Below are positions 35,876 through 45,280 of a stretch of DNA of 64,000 nucleotides, piece after piece. Below the pieces are notes generated by a model that saw nothing but the letters and a program-made list of their open reading frames with translations, made no database searches and was not told the origin of the DNA. Source of the DNA: an uncultured Spirochaetales bacterium (lineage in GTDB: Bacteria; Spirochaetota; Spirochaetia; Treponematales; JBGSOB01); the NCBI GenBank assembly GCA_964399285.1, contig CAYNQK010000004.1, positions 7,651 through 71,650 on the forward strand, written 5' to 3'. The translations under genes were made by a program, and so were the position numbers. Position 1 is the stretch's first letter, and each line of letters opens with the position of its first letter.

Positions 35876-37864
35876 ATGAAAGCGTTCAAAGTCGTCGCTC
35901 CCTTCGGCCCCGCGGGAGACCAGGGGCAGGCCATCGACCGCCTCTCGGCGGGCATCCTCCGCGGCGACCGCTGCCAGACGCTCAAGGGCGTCACAGGGTC
36001 GGGAAAAACCTTCACGATGGCCAAGATAATCGAAAGCACCCAGTTGCCCGCCCTCGTCATATCGCACAACAAGACCCTATCCGCCCAGCTCTACCGCGAG
36101 TTCAGGGATTTCTTCCCGGAGAACGCCGTCGAGTACTTCGTCTCCTATTACGACTACTACCAACCCGAGGCCTACGTCCCGTCACGGGACCTCTACATCG
36201 AGAAGGACGCGTCCATCAACCAGGAAATCGAGCGGATGCGGCTCTCGGCCACGCGATCGCTCATGGAGCGCAAGGACGTCATCATCATCGCCACCGTCTC
36301 CTGCATCTACGGACTCGCGACGCCCGAGGTCTACAAGGACATGAAGCTCGACGTCGCCCTCGGCTCGACGGTCGATCCCGAGGCCGTGAAACGGAGGCTC
36401 GTATCGCTCCAGTACGAGCGGAACGACGACGTCCTGGAGCGAGGACGCTTCCGCGTGCGCGGGGACGTCATCGAGGTCTGCCCCTCCTACGTGAACGAGT
36501 CCTACCGCCTCGAGTTCGACTTCGACGAGGTGAAGCGGATCCGGCGCTTCGACACCCTTACGGGGAAGGTCCTCGAGGACCTCGACGCGGCCGTCATCTA
36601 CGCGGCAAAGCAGTTCGTCATGCCCGAGGCGATGGTCCAGGCGGCGCTCGGGAAGATCAAGGCCGAGCTCGACACCCGCTACGAGGAGCTCAACCGGGAC
36701 GGCCGCATCCTGGAAGCCGAGCGCATCAAGACGAGGACGGAATACGACCTCGAAATGCTTTCCGAGATGGGCTACTGCCCCGGGATCGAGAACTACTCGG
36801 GGCCGCTCTCCGGCAGGGCCTCGGGCGAGCGCCCCTCGGTCCTCCTCGACTACTTCCCCAAAGGCTTCCTCGTCTTCGTCGACGAAAGCCACGTCACCCT
36901 CCCGCAGATCGGCGCCATGTACGCGGGCGACCGGGCGCGGAAGACTACGCTCGTCAATTTCGGGTTCCGGCTACCCTCGGCCCTGGACAACCGCCCGCTC
37001 AGGTTCGACGAATTCGACGGCCTCATCGAGCGCATGGTCTGCGTCTCGGCGACGCCGGGCGTTGCCGAAGTCCAGCGCTCCACCCAGGTCGTGGAGCAGG
37101 TCATCCGCCCCACGGGCCTCGTGGACCCAGAGATCGAGATCAGGCCCGAGGAAGGGCAGATGGAGGACATCTACGCGGAGATCAAGGATCGCTGCGCCCG
37201 CGGCGAGCGGAGCCTCATCCTCACCATAACGAAGAAGATGGCGGAGGACCTCGCGGAATACCTGGGCGGCCTCGGGCTCAAGGTCCGCTACATCCACTCG
37301 GAGGTGGAGACCATCGAGCGCGTCGAGCTGCTTAAGCAGCTCCGCATCGGCGACTACGACGTCCTCGTGGGGATCAACCTCCTCCGCGAGGGCATCGATC
37401 TCCCGGAAGTGTCGTTCATCGCGATCCTCGACGCCGACAAGATCGGCTTCCTCAGGTCCGCGACGAGCCTCATCCAGATCATAGGCCGAGCGGCGCGCAA
37501 CGCCGCGGGCAAGGTGGTCATGTACGCGCACCGCGTCTCGGACGCCATGAAGATTGCCATCGAAGAGACGAACAAGCGCCGGGATCGGCAGCTCGCCTAC
37601 AACGCCGAGCACGGAATCACGCCGTCGACGGTCAAGAAGGCCATCCACGACATCCTCGAGCGCCACAAGGAGGAGGACCGCGAAGCGGCGAAGTTGTCCG
37701 TCGAGGCCCTCAAGCGATCCCACAACATCCTGATCCCGAAGGAGCGCGAGGCCCTCATCCGCGCCCTGGAGAAGGAAATGCTCGAGCACGCGAAGAACCT
37801 CGAGTTCGAGGAGGCGGCCGAGCTCAGGGACGAGATCGACAGGATCAAGTCGGCGGTGGGCTGA
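35876..37864 (+). CDS. uvrB: Excinuclease ABC subunit B
   Basis: Motifs GVTGSGKTFT, DESH, the helicase C-terminal motifs, and the UVR domain EFEEAAELRDEIDRIK. Confidence 0.95.
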   Translation: MKAFKVVAPFGPAGDQGQAIDRLSAGILRGDRCQTLKGVTGSGKTFTMAKIIESTQLPALVISHNKTLSAQLYREFRDFFPENAVEYFVSYYDYYQPEAYVPSRDLYIEKDASINQEIERMRLSATRSLMERKDVIIIATVSCIYGLATPEVYKDMKLDVALGSTVDPEAVKRRLVSLQYERNDDVLERGRFRVRGDVIEVCPSYVNESYRLEFDFDEVKRIRRFDTLTGKVLEDLDAAVIYAAKQFVMPEAMVQAALGKIKAELDTRYEELNRDGRILEAERIKTRTEYDLEMLSEMGYCPGIENYSGPLSGRASGERPSVLLDYFPKGFLVFVDESHVTLPQIGAMYAGDRARKTTLVNFGFRLPSALDNRPLRFDEFDGLIERMVCVSATPGVAEVQRSTQVVEQVIRPTGLVDPEIEIRPEEGQMEDIYAEIKDRCARGERSLILTITKKMAEDLAEYLGGLGLKVRYIHSEVETIERVELLKQLRIGDYDVLVGINLLREGIDLPEVSFIAILDADKIGFLRSATSLIQIIGRAARNAAGKVVMYAHRVSDAMKIAIEETNKRRDRQLAYNAEHGITPSTVKKAIHDILERHKEEDREAAKLSVEALKRSHNILIPKEREALIRALEKEMLEHAKNLEFEEAAELRDEIDRIKSAVG

Positions 37865-38936
37865 GCGTTCCGGCCGCGCCGGAGAGAGGCGCCTCGCGCT
37901 TCACGCGCTCCTCGGGGTTGGCGAGGAGATACTCGCGAAAAATACGCAAGGCCTCTTCGGGCGTCTCGGCGCGTTGGGTCGCCGCGCGCGGATGGTGCGC
38001 GAAGCGCAGGTTGTCGCAGAAATAGAAGAAGAAGCGCCGCGCGCGGCTCTTGTGGAACTCGATCGGCTGGTATTCCACGAGGAGCTCCGTGAAACGCTCG
38101 GCGACCTCGAGGAGGTCGATCTCCATGGAGAACGACGGATCGATCGACCGGCGCTCGATGAGGCCGAAGATCCACGGCCGGCGGACCGCCTCCCTTCCGA
38201 TCATGAGCCGCGCGCATCCCGTTTCCCGGATCCGGCGGACGGCGTCCTCTTCCGTCCGGACGTCTCCGTTTCCCGTGACCGGGACGCTCAGGCTGCGCGC
38301 GAGCTCCGCGACGAAATTCCAGCGAGGGGGACGCCCGTAGCCTTCCGACGGAAGCCGGGGATGGAGGGTTATTCCCTCGGCGCCGCGGTCGACGAGGCCG
38401 CGGCAAAAGACGATGAGCGCCTCCGGATGCTCGGCGTCGAAGAGCCGCATCTTGGCGGTGAGGCGGACGCCGGGGAGGGCGGCGCGGACGCGCGCGAAGG
38501 CTTCGAGGGCCGCCTCCCGCCTCCCGAGCCATGCGGCGCCTCCGCCAGCCCTGAGGATCTCGGGAGCGGAGCATCCGAAGTTGAGGTCGACCGCTGATGC
38601 GGAGGCATCGCCGCTAGAGAGCATGCGCGAGAGGGCGCCGGCCCCGCGCTCGAGCTCCTCGGCGCTCCCGCCCACGAGCTGTATCACGAAGCGAGCGGGA
38701 TCGGGCCCGCCGTCGACGTAGTAGCGCTCGAAGCGGCCGCCGCCAGCGAGGGCGGCGGCGCTCGCCATCTCTCCGTACAAGAGCCCGCTTCCGCCTGAGG
38801 AGGCGATGAGCTCCCGGAGCGCTCGGTGCCCGAGGGTCGCCATGGGCGCGAGGTCGAGGGCGGGAACGGGAGAATGGGGACGTTCAGGATGAGCGGGAGA
38901 CGCCGCCGGGACGCCCGGGGAGGGATCCGGGTTCAA
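37845..38936 (-). CDS. tRNA-dihydrouridine synthase family protein
   Basis: Dus motifs LAPMATLGH and DLNFGCSAPEI, and a TIM-barrel pattern. The putative TTG start overlaps the arginase stop (TTGA), so the start is uncertain. Confidence 0.75.
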   Translation of the reverse strand: MNPDPSPGVPAASPAHPERPHSPVPALDLAPMATLGHRALRELIASSGGSGLLYGEMASAAALAGGGRFERYYVDGGPDPARFVIQLVGGSAEELERGAGALSRMLSSGDASASAVDLNFGCSAPEILRAGGGAAWLGRREAALEAFARVRAALPGVRLTAKMRLFDAEHPEALIVFCRGLVDRGAEGITLHPRLPSEGYGRPPRWNFVAELARSLSVPVTGNGDVRTEEDAVRRIRETGCARLMIGREAVRRPWIFGLIERRSIDPSFSMEIDLLEVAERFTELLVEYQPIEFHKSRARRFFFYFCDNLRFAHHPRAATQRAETPEEALRIFREYLLANPEERVKREAPLSGAAGTLSPPPT

Positions 38937-39841
38937 TACGTGCTCGCCCCGAGGAGGCGGGCGAGGATCTCCACGGCGAGGCGGGCGGTCTGGTTTCGGA
39001 CGTCCAGGATGGGATTCACCTCGACCACCTCCGCGGAGCGGACGAGGCCCGTGCGCGCCACGGACTCCATGAGGAAGCCCACCTCGCGGTAGGAGAGGCC
39101 GCCTCGGACGGGGGTGCCGACACCGGGAGCGAAGCGGGGATCGATCGAGTCGACGTCGAAGCTCACGTGGAGCGCCTCCACGCGGTCCTTGAGGTACTCG
39201 ATGGCGAAGTTGGCCGTCTCCGCCATGCCGAGGCGGTCGATGTCGCTGATGGTGAAGACCTGGACTCCGGCGGAGCGGAGATTCTGCTTCTCGCCCTTGT
39301 CGAGGTCGCGGACGCCGAAGAGGACGGCGTTCGCGGGATCGAGCTTGCGGAAGTCGCCGTGGAGCGAGACGAGACGGGGATGGCCGATGCCGGCTGAGGC
39401 CGCGAGGCTCATGCCGTGGATGTTGCCGGAAGGGCTCGTTTCCGGCGTGTTGAAGTCCCCGTGCGCGTCGATCCAGAGCACGCCCCAGCCGATCTTGCGT
39501 TTCGCGTAGTGCGCGCCGAGGCCCGCCAGGGTCCCCACCGCGATGGAGTGGTCGCCGCCGACGACGAGGGGGAACTGGCCGCCGTCCATGCAGGACTCGA
39601 CGCGATCCGCGAGCGCGGAGCAGGCCTCGGCGATGGGCTCGAGGTACTTGATCCTGGGATCCCCGATCTCCTCGAACTCCTGGATGGGGACGGGGAGGCG
39701 GGGCATGGATTCCTCCACCCCGTGGCCGAGCTCCACGAGGCTGTCCTTTAGCCCCGCGAGGCGGACGGCCGAGGGTCCCATGTCCACGCCGCGGCGGTTC
39801 GCTCCGAAGTCGAGGGGAACCTCGATGACGCTGATCTTCAT
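38933..39841 (-). CDS. rocF: Arginase
   Basis: Mn-binding motifs GGDHSIAVG, DAHGDFNTPETSPSGNIHGM and SFDVDSIDP. Confidence 0.85.
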   Translation of the reverse strand: MKISVIEVPLDFGANRRGVDMGPSAVRLAGLKDSLVELGHGVEESMPRLPVPIQEFEEIGDPRIKYLEPIAEACSALADRVESCMDGGQFPLVVGGDHSIAVGTLAGLGAHYAKRKIGWGVLWIDAHGDFNTPETSPSGNIHGMSLAASAGIGHPRLVSLHGDFRKLDPANAVLFGVRDLDKGEKQNLRSAGVQVFTISDIDRLGMAETANFAIEYLKDRVEALHVSFDVDSIDPRFAPGVGTPVRGGLSYREVGFLMESVARTGLVRSAEVVEVNPILDVRNQTARLAVEILARLLGASTY

Positions 39842-41181
39842 TTATCGGATTCCTTCGCGAGATCGAGGTAGAAGACCTGGCTCTTGCGCTTCATGTCGTA
39901 GGAAGCGCGCTTGGCCGAGGGGAGGTCGCCGAGCCCGCCCTCGCGGAAGCCCAGCGTTTCGAACCAGTCCTGGGTCTGCGTCGTGAGGACGAATACGCGC
40001 CCGAGCCCCATGCCCCGCGCGCGATCGATGAGGTGGGCGATGATGCGCTTGCCGAGACCGAGCTGTCCGAAGGCCGGATTGACCGCGATGGCGGCGATTT
40101 CGGCGGTCCCCTCGTCCGCGTAGGGGTGGAGGGCGCCGCAGGCCTGTACCATGCCGTCCGAGTCCCAGACGACGTAGTCGTCCTTGAGCTCGCGGATGTC
40201 CTCCTGCGTTCGGGGCTTGAGGATGCCTTTCTGGACGAGGGGCCCCATGAGGCGGAGGACCTCGGGGACGTCCCGCGACTTGAGGGGCCTGAAGTAGTCC
40301 TCCGGGGAGGCGTAGACCATGGTGCCGATTCCGAGCGAAGAGAAAAGCTCTTTGAGGATCACGCCCTCGATAGTGCCGTCCACGATGTGCACGCGCTCGA
40401 CGCCGCCCTTGCAGGCCTGGGCCGCGAGGGAGACCCTCCGGACGTCGGCGTCGCCCGTCCCCGCGTTGAGCTCGGCGAAACGGCGCGCCTGGTCCATGCC
40501 CAGGCGCACGACGCGGCCGTCCGCGGACGTGTCCATGTCCTTCTCGACCTTGAAGCGCTCGGACGTGAGGCCGGGCCCGGAGGTGACGAAGAAGAGCTTC
40601 ACCGCCTGGAGGCGCACGGCGACCTCGATGGCGAGCTCGTCGCTCGAGAGGTTGTAGGGTTTTCCGGCGCTCGACCAGCCGATGCAGGGGAAGACCGGGA
40701 TCATCCCGTCCTCCATGACGGCCCTGACGGGGTCCGTCTCGATCCTGTCGACTTTGCCCGACTCCTCGAAGTCGCGGCCCCCGATCACGCCGATCGCCCG
40801 GGCGCGCACGAAGTTGCCGGTCACGGTGGTGACCTTGTGGGCGGAGAACATGGTCATGACGCGGTTCGCGGCGTCGAAGGCCGCCATTTTGACGAAGGGG
40901 ATGGCCTCGGCGCTGACGATGCGCAGCCCGTCCTCGTAGGGCGTGTTCACCCCGTAGCGGGCTACGACCTCGTCGATGCGTTCCTTGGCTCCCGGAACCA
41001 CCGCTATCTGTATCCCTGTCTGCCTGAGGACGGCGAGGTCCTTCACGAGGATTGGGAAGGTCTCGGACTCGATGACCGGATAATCGATCTTGAGGACTAT
41101 CGTCTTGCCGTCGAAACGGCTCTGGTAGGAGAAGACCTCGCGGATGAGATCGACCTGCTCTCGAAGCCTGAGCTCGTCCAT
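39838..41181 (-). CDS. argA: Amino-acid N-acetyltransferase (N-acetylglutamate synthase; AAK + GNAT domains)
   Basis: AAK-fold N-terminus (GKTIVLKIDY) and C-terminal GNAT domain (QLGLGKRIIAHL). Start set to ATG 41181 (MDELRL...) because TTGGAA-N17-TACAAT-N7-ATG precedes it. The track start at 41217 is a TTG. Confidence 0.8.
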   Translation of the reverse strand: MDELRLREQVDLIREVFSYQSRFDGKTIVLKIDYPVIESETFPILVKDLAVLRQTGIQIAVVPGAKERIDEVVARYGVNTPYEDGLRIVSAEAIPFVKMAAFDAANRVMTMFSAHKVTTVTGNFVRARAIGVIGGRDFEESGKVDRIETDPVRAVMEDGMIPVFPCIGWSSAGKPYNLSSDELAIEVAVRLQAVKLFFVTSGPGLTSERFKVEKDMDTSADGRVVRLGMDQARRFAELNAGTGDADVRRVSLAAQACKGGVERVHIVDGTIEGVILKELFSSLGIGTMVYASPEDYFRPLKSRDVPEVLRLMGPLVQKGILKPRTQEDIRELKDDYVVWDSDGMVQACGALHPYADEGTAEIAAIAVNPAFGQLGLGKRIIAHLIDRARGMGLGRVFVLTTQTQDWFETLGFREGGLGDLPSAKRASYDMKRKSQVFYLDLAKESDK

Positions 41182-41188
41182 GGCGCGC

Positions 41189-41217
41189 ATTGTACGCGAT
41201 GCGGGCTTCCTTTCCAA
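41189..41217 (-). promoter_or_regulatory. argA promoter candidate (leaderless-type)
   Basis: Minus strand reads TTGGAA (41217-41212), a 17-nt spacer, TACAAT (41194-41189), 7 nt, then ATG 41181. Confidence 0.45.
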
Positions 41218-41239
41218 GGGGAGTTTTTCGTGCTATACT
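41211..41239 (+). promoter_or_regulatory. Promoter candidate for the PilZ-like gene (back-to-back with the argA promoter)
   Basis: TTTCCA, a 17-nt spacer, then an extended -10 TGCTATACT (41231-39). A 23-nt leader follows with a GGGGAGGG SD before ATG 41263. Confidence 0.4.
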
Positions 41240-41262
41240 TCGAACGAACCCGGGGAGGGTCG

Positions 41263-42528
41263 ATGGCGTCCAAGATCACGAAAGTGGAGCTCGAATTCGT
41301 CTTCAAGGCCGCCCTGGCGGACAGGATCCCCCTCAGGATCCACAACCGCAACACGCACGCGCGCTGCCTCATCGCGGAAATCGGAAGGGAGTCCGTGGCC
41401 ATGGAGGCCGTCCAGGGCGCCTGGCCGGGCTTCCAGAGCTGGGACCGGGTGACGGGCTATATCCACTACAAAGGGCAGGCCTTCTCCTTCAAGTCCCGCG
41501 TCAGCAAGGTGGACGGCAAGCTCCTCGTCATGGGCACGCCTGAATTCTCCTGCCGCGGGCTGGACCGCAACTATGTGAGGCTCCCGCCCCCGAGCGGGCT
41601 CTCCGCCGCCTTCCACCTCCAGTCCGGAGAGCTCTCGCTCAACTTCCCCGTCTGCGAGGAGTACTCGGCGGTGGAGCTCCCCGCCTACAACGACGCCTTC
41701 GACGTCACGTCCATGGAGACCCTCGTCGCGAGCTTCAAGCGGCAGGCGGACGCCGTCTCGAGCGAGAACCGCACCATCATGTTCAGGAAACGGAAGCCCG
41801 AGCGCTTCGAGGAGATCCTCGTGTCCAAGCTCGGGAAGACGCTCTACATACCGTCGGCCCGTTCGGGCCTGCCCGCCAAGGACCCCTTTCCGGAGGGGCG
41901 CCTCATAACCAGGGCCATGGAGGAGGACTACGAGGGTACGGAGATCTTCATCTCGGGATCCAGGATGGAGCGCCTCCTCGCGGAGAAGGTCAACCTCGCC
42001 GTCAATTCCGAGATTTGGACCCCGATCCTCTACTACCAGTACGTGGTGGGCTACGTCTACATGGCCAACACGGGCGACCGCAAGGCCTCGCTCGACGTGG
42101 CCGCGGTCGAGCTCGCCGGGGAATTCGCGCACATCCTCGCCTATTTCCTCAAGACGCATAACTACTTCGACGACCAGACGGTCCGCAACGAGCGCATTCC
42201 CTTCCAGGCGGACATCGTGGACGTATCCGCCTCGGGGATGCTCATCGTCCTCGCCCATGAAAAGCTGCCGGTGACGCTCAAGAATCAGAGCCTCATCGAC
42301 GTGGAGCTCGGCCTCAAGGGATATAAGGCCCACTGCACGGCCCGGGTCATGCGCCGCTACGGCGACGACAAGACCGTCAACTACGGCCTCCGCTTCGACG
42401 ACATGCGGAACGATACGCGGCGCAGGATATACGAATTCCTCTATCACCAGCCCTGGGATCCCGACAGGCAGGACACCGGCGAGGCGAGCTTCGGCTCCGA
42501 CGACGAGCTCCCGGAGATGCCGTCATGA
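41263..42528 (+). CDS. PilZ-like domain protein (candidate c-di-GMP receptor)
   Basis: The C-terminal beta-barrel segment has RNERIPFQADIVDVSASGMLIV (R-rich element plus the DxSxxG motif). The large N-terminal region is of unknown function. The 410 codons upstream in the track ORF are antisense to argA. Confidence 0.5.
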   Translation: MASKITKVELEFVFKAALADRIPLRIHNRNTHARCLIAEIGRESVAMEAVQGAWPGFQSWDRVTGYIHYKGQAFSFKSRVSKVDGKLLVMGTPEFSCRGLDRNYVRLPPPSGLSAAFHLQSGELSLNFPVCEEYSAVELPAYNDAFDVTSMETLVASFKRQADAVSSENRTIMFRKRKPERFEEILVSKLGKTLYIPSARSGLPAKDPFPEGRLITRAMEEDYEGTEIFISGSRMERLLAEKVNLAVNSEIWTPILYYQYVVGYVYMANTGDRKASLDVAAVELAGEFAHILAYFLKTHNYFDDQTVRNERIPFQADIVDVSASGMLIVLAHEKLPVTLKNQSLIDVELGLKGYKAHCTARVMRRYGDDKTVNYGLRFDDMRNDTRRRIYEFLYHQPWDPDRQDTGEASFGSDDELPEMPS

Positions 42529-42866
42529 CTGAAGAAGATTTCCGCGTCATACTCGACGTCATCCTTTCCTGGCAGGCGCTCGTCGCGCTCGGCGCCTTCC
42601 TCCTTTTCATCGTCATCGTCCGATACGTCGCGGTGGGAAAGGCCGATCGGCCGCGCTATAGCCGTCAGACGATCGTCCGCCGCATAGGCGGCGGCCAGGA
42701 GCGCGCCGTCCAGCCCTCTTCCCCGGCCACGACAGGCTCCTCCTCAGGACGGGGAATCTTCCGCTTCGGACGGGGGAGGCAGAAGGAAACGGGCGGCGAG
42801 GCCGCCGAAGGCGTGGAGTCCCGCGACGAGGGCGCGGCCGGCGAAACCTCTTCCTTCCAGGACTGA
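42525..42866 (+). CDS. Small single-TM protein with Arg/Gly-rich tail (hypothetical)
   Basis: The ATG overlaps the PilZ-like stop (ATGA). TM segment WQALVALGAFLLFIVIV. The 3' third overlaps the recQ 3' end on the opposite strand, so the true length is uncertain. Confidence 0.4.
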   Translation: MTEEDFRVILDVILSWQALVALGAFLLFIVIVRYVAVGKADRPRYSRQTIVRRIGGGQERAVQPSSPATTGSSSGRGIFRFGRGRQKETGGEAAEGVESRDEGAAGETSSFQD

Positions 42867-44336
42867 TGGCCTCGAACGCGCCGGTACGAGCCTTCCCCTC
42901 CAGGGACCCCGCTTCACGAGCCGCGCTTTTCCCGATTTTTCGAGCGATAGCACGCCCTCGTCGGCGTCCTCCGGTCGCATGGATCCCTCGCTCCAATCGG
43001 ACGAGGCCATGACGCGGCCGAGATCGTACCTGCCGTAGCGCCTCGAATTCCTCGACAGCCATTCCATCACGGGATACTCCTCGCGGACCTCGTCGGATCT
43101 TCGCCCATCGCAGGCGTCGCAGCATGCGGCGCGCCGAACCTGAGCGGACTCGGCCCAGCCCATGGCCCCGAGGAGGAAGTCCCGCCTGCAGCCGTCCTCC
43201 AGGAAGGCGTATTCGCGAATCGCGCGCGAACGCTCCTCGCACAGGACGGACAGCGCGGATCCGTCCCGGAAGCGGCCTTCCGCGAACGAGGCGCCGCTCA
43301 GCATGAGGACGGCCAGGGCGCGCTGTCCATCGCGTCCGGCCCTCCCTGATTCCTGGAGATAGGCTTCGACCGAGGGGGGCGGGTCGTAATGGACGACGAG
43401 CCTGACGTCCCCTTTATCAACGCCCATTCCGTAGGCGCAAGTCGCGACGAGGATGCCGCTCGGAGACGCCCGGAACGCGGCTTCCACCGCGTTCTTCTCC
43501 TCCCTGCCGAGGCCCGCGTGGTAGAAGAACACGTCCCGATCGGTAAAACGGCGGGAAAGCGAAGCGGCGAGGGTCTCCACCCCGAGGCGCGAGGATCGAA
43601 ACGCGATCGCCGCGCCCGATTCGTATTGAAGGAGCCGTTCGATCGCCGCGGGCCGCGAGATGCAGCGCATGACCTCGTAGCGGATGTTGGGCCTGTCTGG
43701 CGGCGCGACGATGCGTTCGTAAGCCTGCCCGCTGAAGAAGCTCTCGGCGATTCCCGCCTCGGTCGCGGGATCGGCCGTCGCGGTGAAGGCGCTCCTGATA
43801 CGGACGCCGGCCTCATCGGCGGCGGCGCCGAGATCAAGGAAGGCCGGCCTGAATTCCCTGCCCCAGGAGACGAGGGTGTGGGCTTCGTCGAGCACGAGGT
43901 GCGAGATTCCCGCGACCGAGATCGCGCGGCGCCACTCGGGCACGGAGAGGATCTCCGGATTGGCGATGACGACGCCGCGGAATCCGCGGGCGAGCCTCTC
44001 CCGCGCGGCATCGGCGTCCGCGCTCTCCATCCCGCCCCGGAGGACTATATGGTCGATCCGAGCCTCCTCGAGGCGCCTCGCCTGATCGGCCATGAGGGAG
44101 AGGAGGGGATAGACCACGAGGGTGGGGCCGCCCAGGAGGAGGGAGGGGAGCTGGAAACAGAGCGACTTCCCTCCTCCCGTCGGTAGAACCACGAGGCGGT
44201 TGCGCGGCCCTTCCGCGGAATCAACGGCCGCTCTCAGAATAGAATCGATGACCGCGCGCTGCCCCGGCCTGAGCGACGCGGCGCCGAAGCGCTCGGAGGC
44301 GAGGCGGTCGATGATGGAACCCTGGGTTTCCCGCAT
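42744..44336 (-). CDS. recQ: RecQ-family ATP-dependent DNA helicase
   Basis: Motif I LPTGGGKSLCFQLP, motif II LVLDEAHTLVSWG, motif III SAFTATA, and Cys-rich Zn/RQC-like elements. Start set at MRETQG (44336). Confidence 0.8.
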   Translation of the reverse strand: MRETQGSIIDRLASERFGAASLRPGQRAVIDSILRAAVDSAEGPRNRLVVLPTGGGKSLCFQLPSLLLGGPTLVVYPLLSLMADQARRLEEARIDHIVLRGGMESADADAARERLARGFRGVVIANPEILSVPEWRRAISVAGISHLVLDEAHTLVSWGREFRPAFLDLGAAADEAGVRIRSAFTATADPATEAGIAESFFSGQAYERIVAPPDRPNIRYEVMRCISRPAAIERLLQYESGAAIAFRSSRLGVETLAASLSRRFTDRDVFFYHAGLGREEKNAVEAAFRASPSGILVATCAYGMGVDKGDVRLVVHYDPPPSVEAYLQESGRAGRDGQRALAVLMLSGASFAEGRFRDGSALSVLCEERSRAIREYAFLEDGCRRDFLLGAMGWAESAQVRRAACCDACDGRRSDEVREEYPVMEWLSRNSRRYGRYDLGRVMASSDWSEGSMRPEDADEGVLSLEKSGKARLVKRGPWRGRLVPARSRPSVLEGRGFAGRALVAGLHAFGGLAARFLLPPPSEAEDSPS

Positions 44337-44431
44337 GCCGCCATTCGCGCCCGGACGAGTCGGGAATTCAGCGGATCGCTTGCGCTCCGGTACTATCGGG
44401 CTTAAATTTACCCTATGGAAGGAGGGGCGCC

Positions 44432-45280
44432 ATGGCATTGAGACGCATGAGGCTCCCCCCGGGCTGGTACCCGCGGGACGGCGAGGAGGCCCTGGAGCTC
44501 CTCAGATCGCTCGAGCGCAAGGGCCCCCTGGCCGATGCGCGGGTCGCCATCGCGGGCATCAGCCCCCACGCGGGGTGGCATTACTGCGCGCCCCTCGCCG
44601 TGAGGACCTTCGAGCGGCTCGACCGCGACGCTGACTGCATCGTCCTGTTCGGGGGCCACCTCCCCGCGGGCGCTTCGCCCCGCCTCGCCCTCGAGGACGC
44701 CTTCGAGACGCCCTTGGGCGACGCCGAGGCCGACGCCGAGCTCCGCGACGGACTTTCCGAGGAGATAGAGTGCCTTCCCGACGTGAGCGCGGACAACACG
44801 GTGGAGGTTCTCCTCCCCCTCGCGCGGCACTTCTTCCCGAAGGCGCGCATCCTCTCCCTCAGGGTGCCGAACGACGAGTCTTCGATCGCGATCGGTAAGA
44901 AGGCGGCCCTCCTCGCGTCCGGGCTCGGGAGGACGGCGGTGGCCGTCGGCTCGACGGACCTCACCCACTACGGCGAAGCGTACGGCTTCGCGCCCAAGGG
45001 AAGGGGACCGGCCGCCCTCTCCTGGGTGCGGGAGGAGAACGACGCGCGCATCGTAGCGGCCATGAAGTCCATGGACGCCGCGGAAACCCTGAGACTGGGG
45101 GAAACCGAATCCTCGGCCTGCTCCTCGGGAGCGGCCGCGGCCGCGATCTCCTTCGCCTCGTCGCTCACCGCGGAGCGGGGCGAGCTCAACGGCTACGCGA
45201 CCTCGGCGGACGCGGAGATTCCGTTCGCGCGTCCGCCCGAGCAGTTCGTGGGCTACGCCTCGATCACCTACCTCAGCTGA
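44432..45280 (+). CDS. Memo-like / AmmeMemoRadiSam system protein B
   Basis: Motifs PPGWYPRDGEEA, ISPHAGWHYCAP and GSTDLTHYG. GGAAGGAGGGG SD. Confidence 0.7.
   Translation: MALRRMRLPPGWYPRDGEEALELLRSLERKGPLADARVAIAGISPHAGWHYCAPLAVRTFERLDRDADCIVLFGGHLPAGASPRLALEDAFETPLGDAEADAELRDGLSEEIECLPDVSADNTVEVLLPLARHFFPKARILSLRVPNDESSIAIGKKAALLASGLGRTAVAVGSTDLTHYGEAYGFAPKGRGPAALSWVREENDARIVAAMKSMDAAETLRLGETESSACSSGAAAAAISFASSLTAERGELNGYATSADAEIPFARPPEQFVGYASITYLS

Noticed and set aside
35675-36072. Two minus-strand ORFs (130 and 77 aa) in the macA-like/uvrB intergenic region
   Set aside because: They start inside uvrB on the antisense strand and cross AT-rich promoter DNA. There is no SD and no motifs.
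40033-41262. 410-codon N-terminal extension of the PilZ-like ORF (track ORF 40033-42528, 831 aa)
   Set aside because: The extension is antisense to argA and has junk composition. A TGcTATACT promoter, a GGGGAGGG SD and ATG 41263 define the real start.
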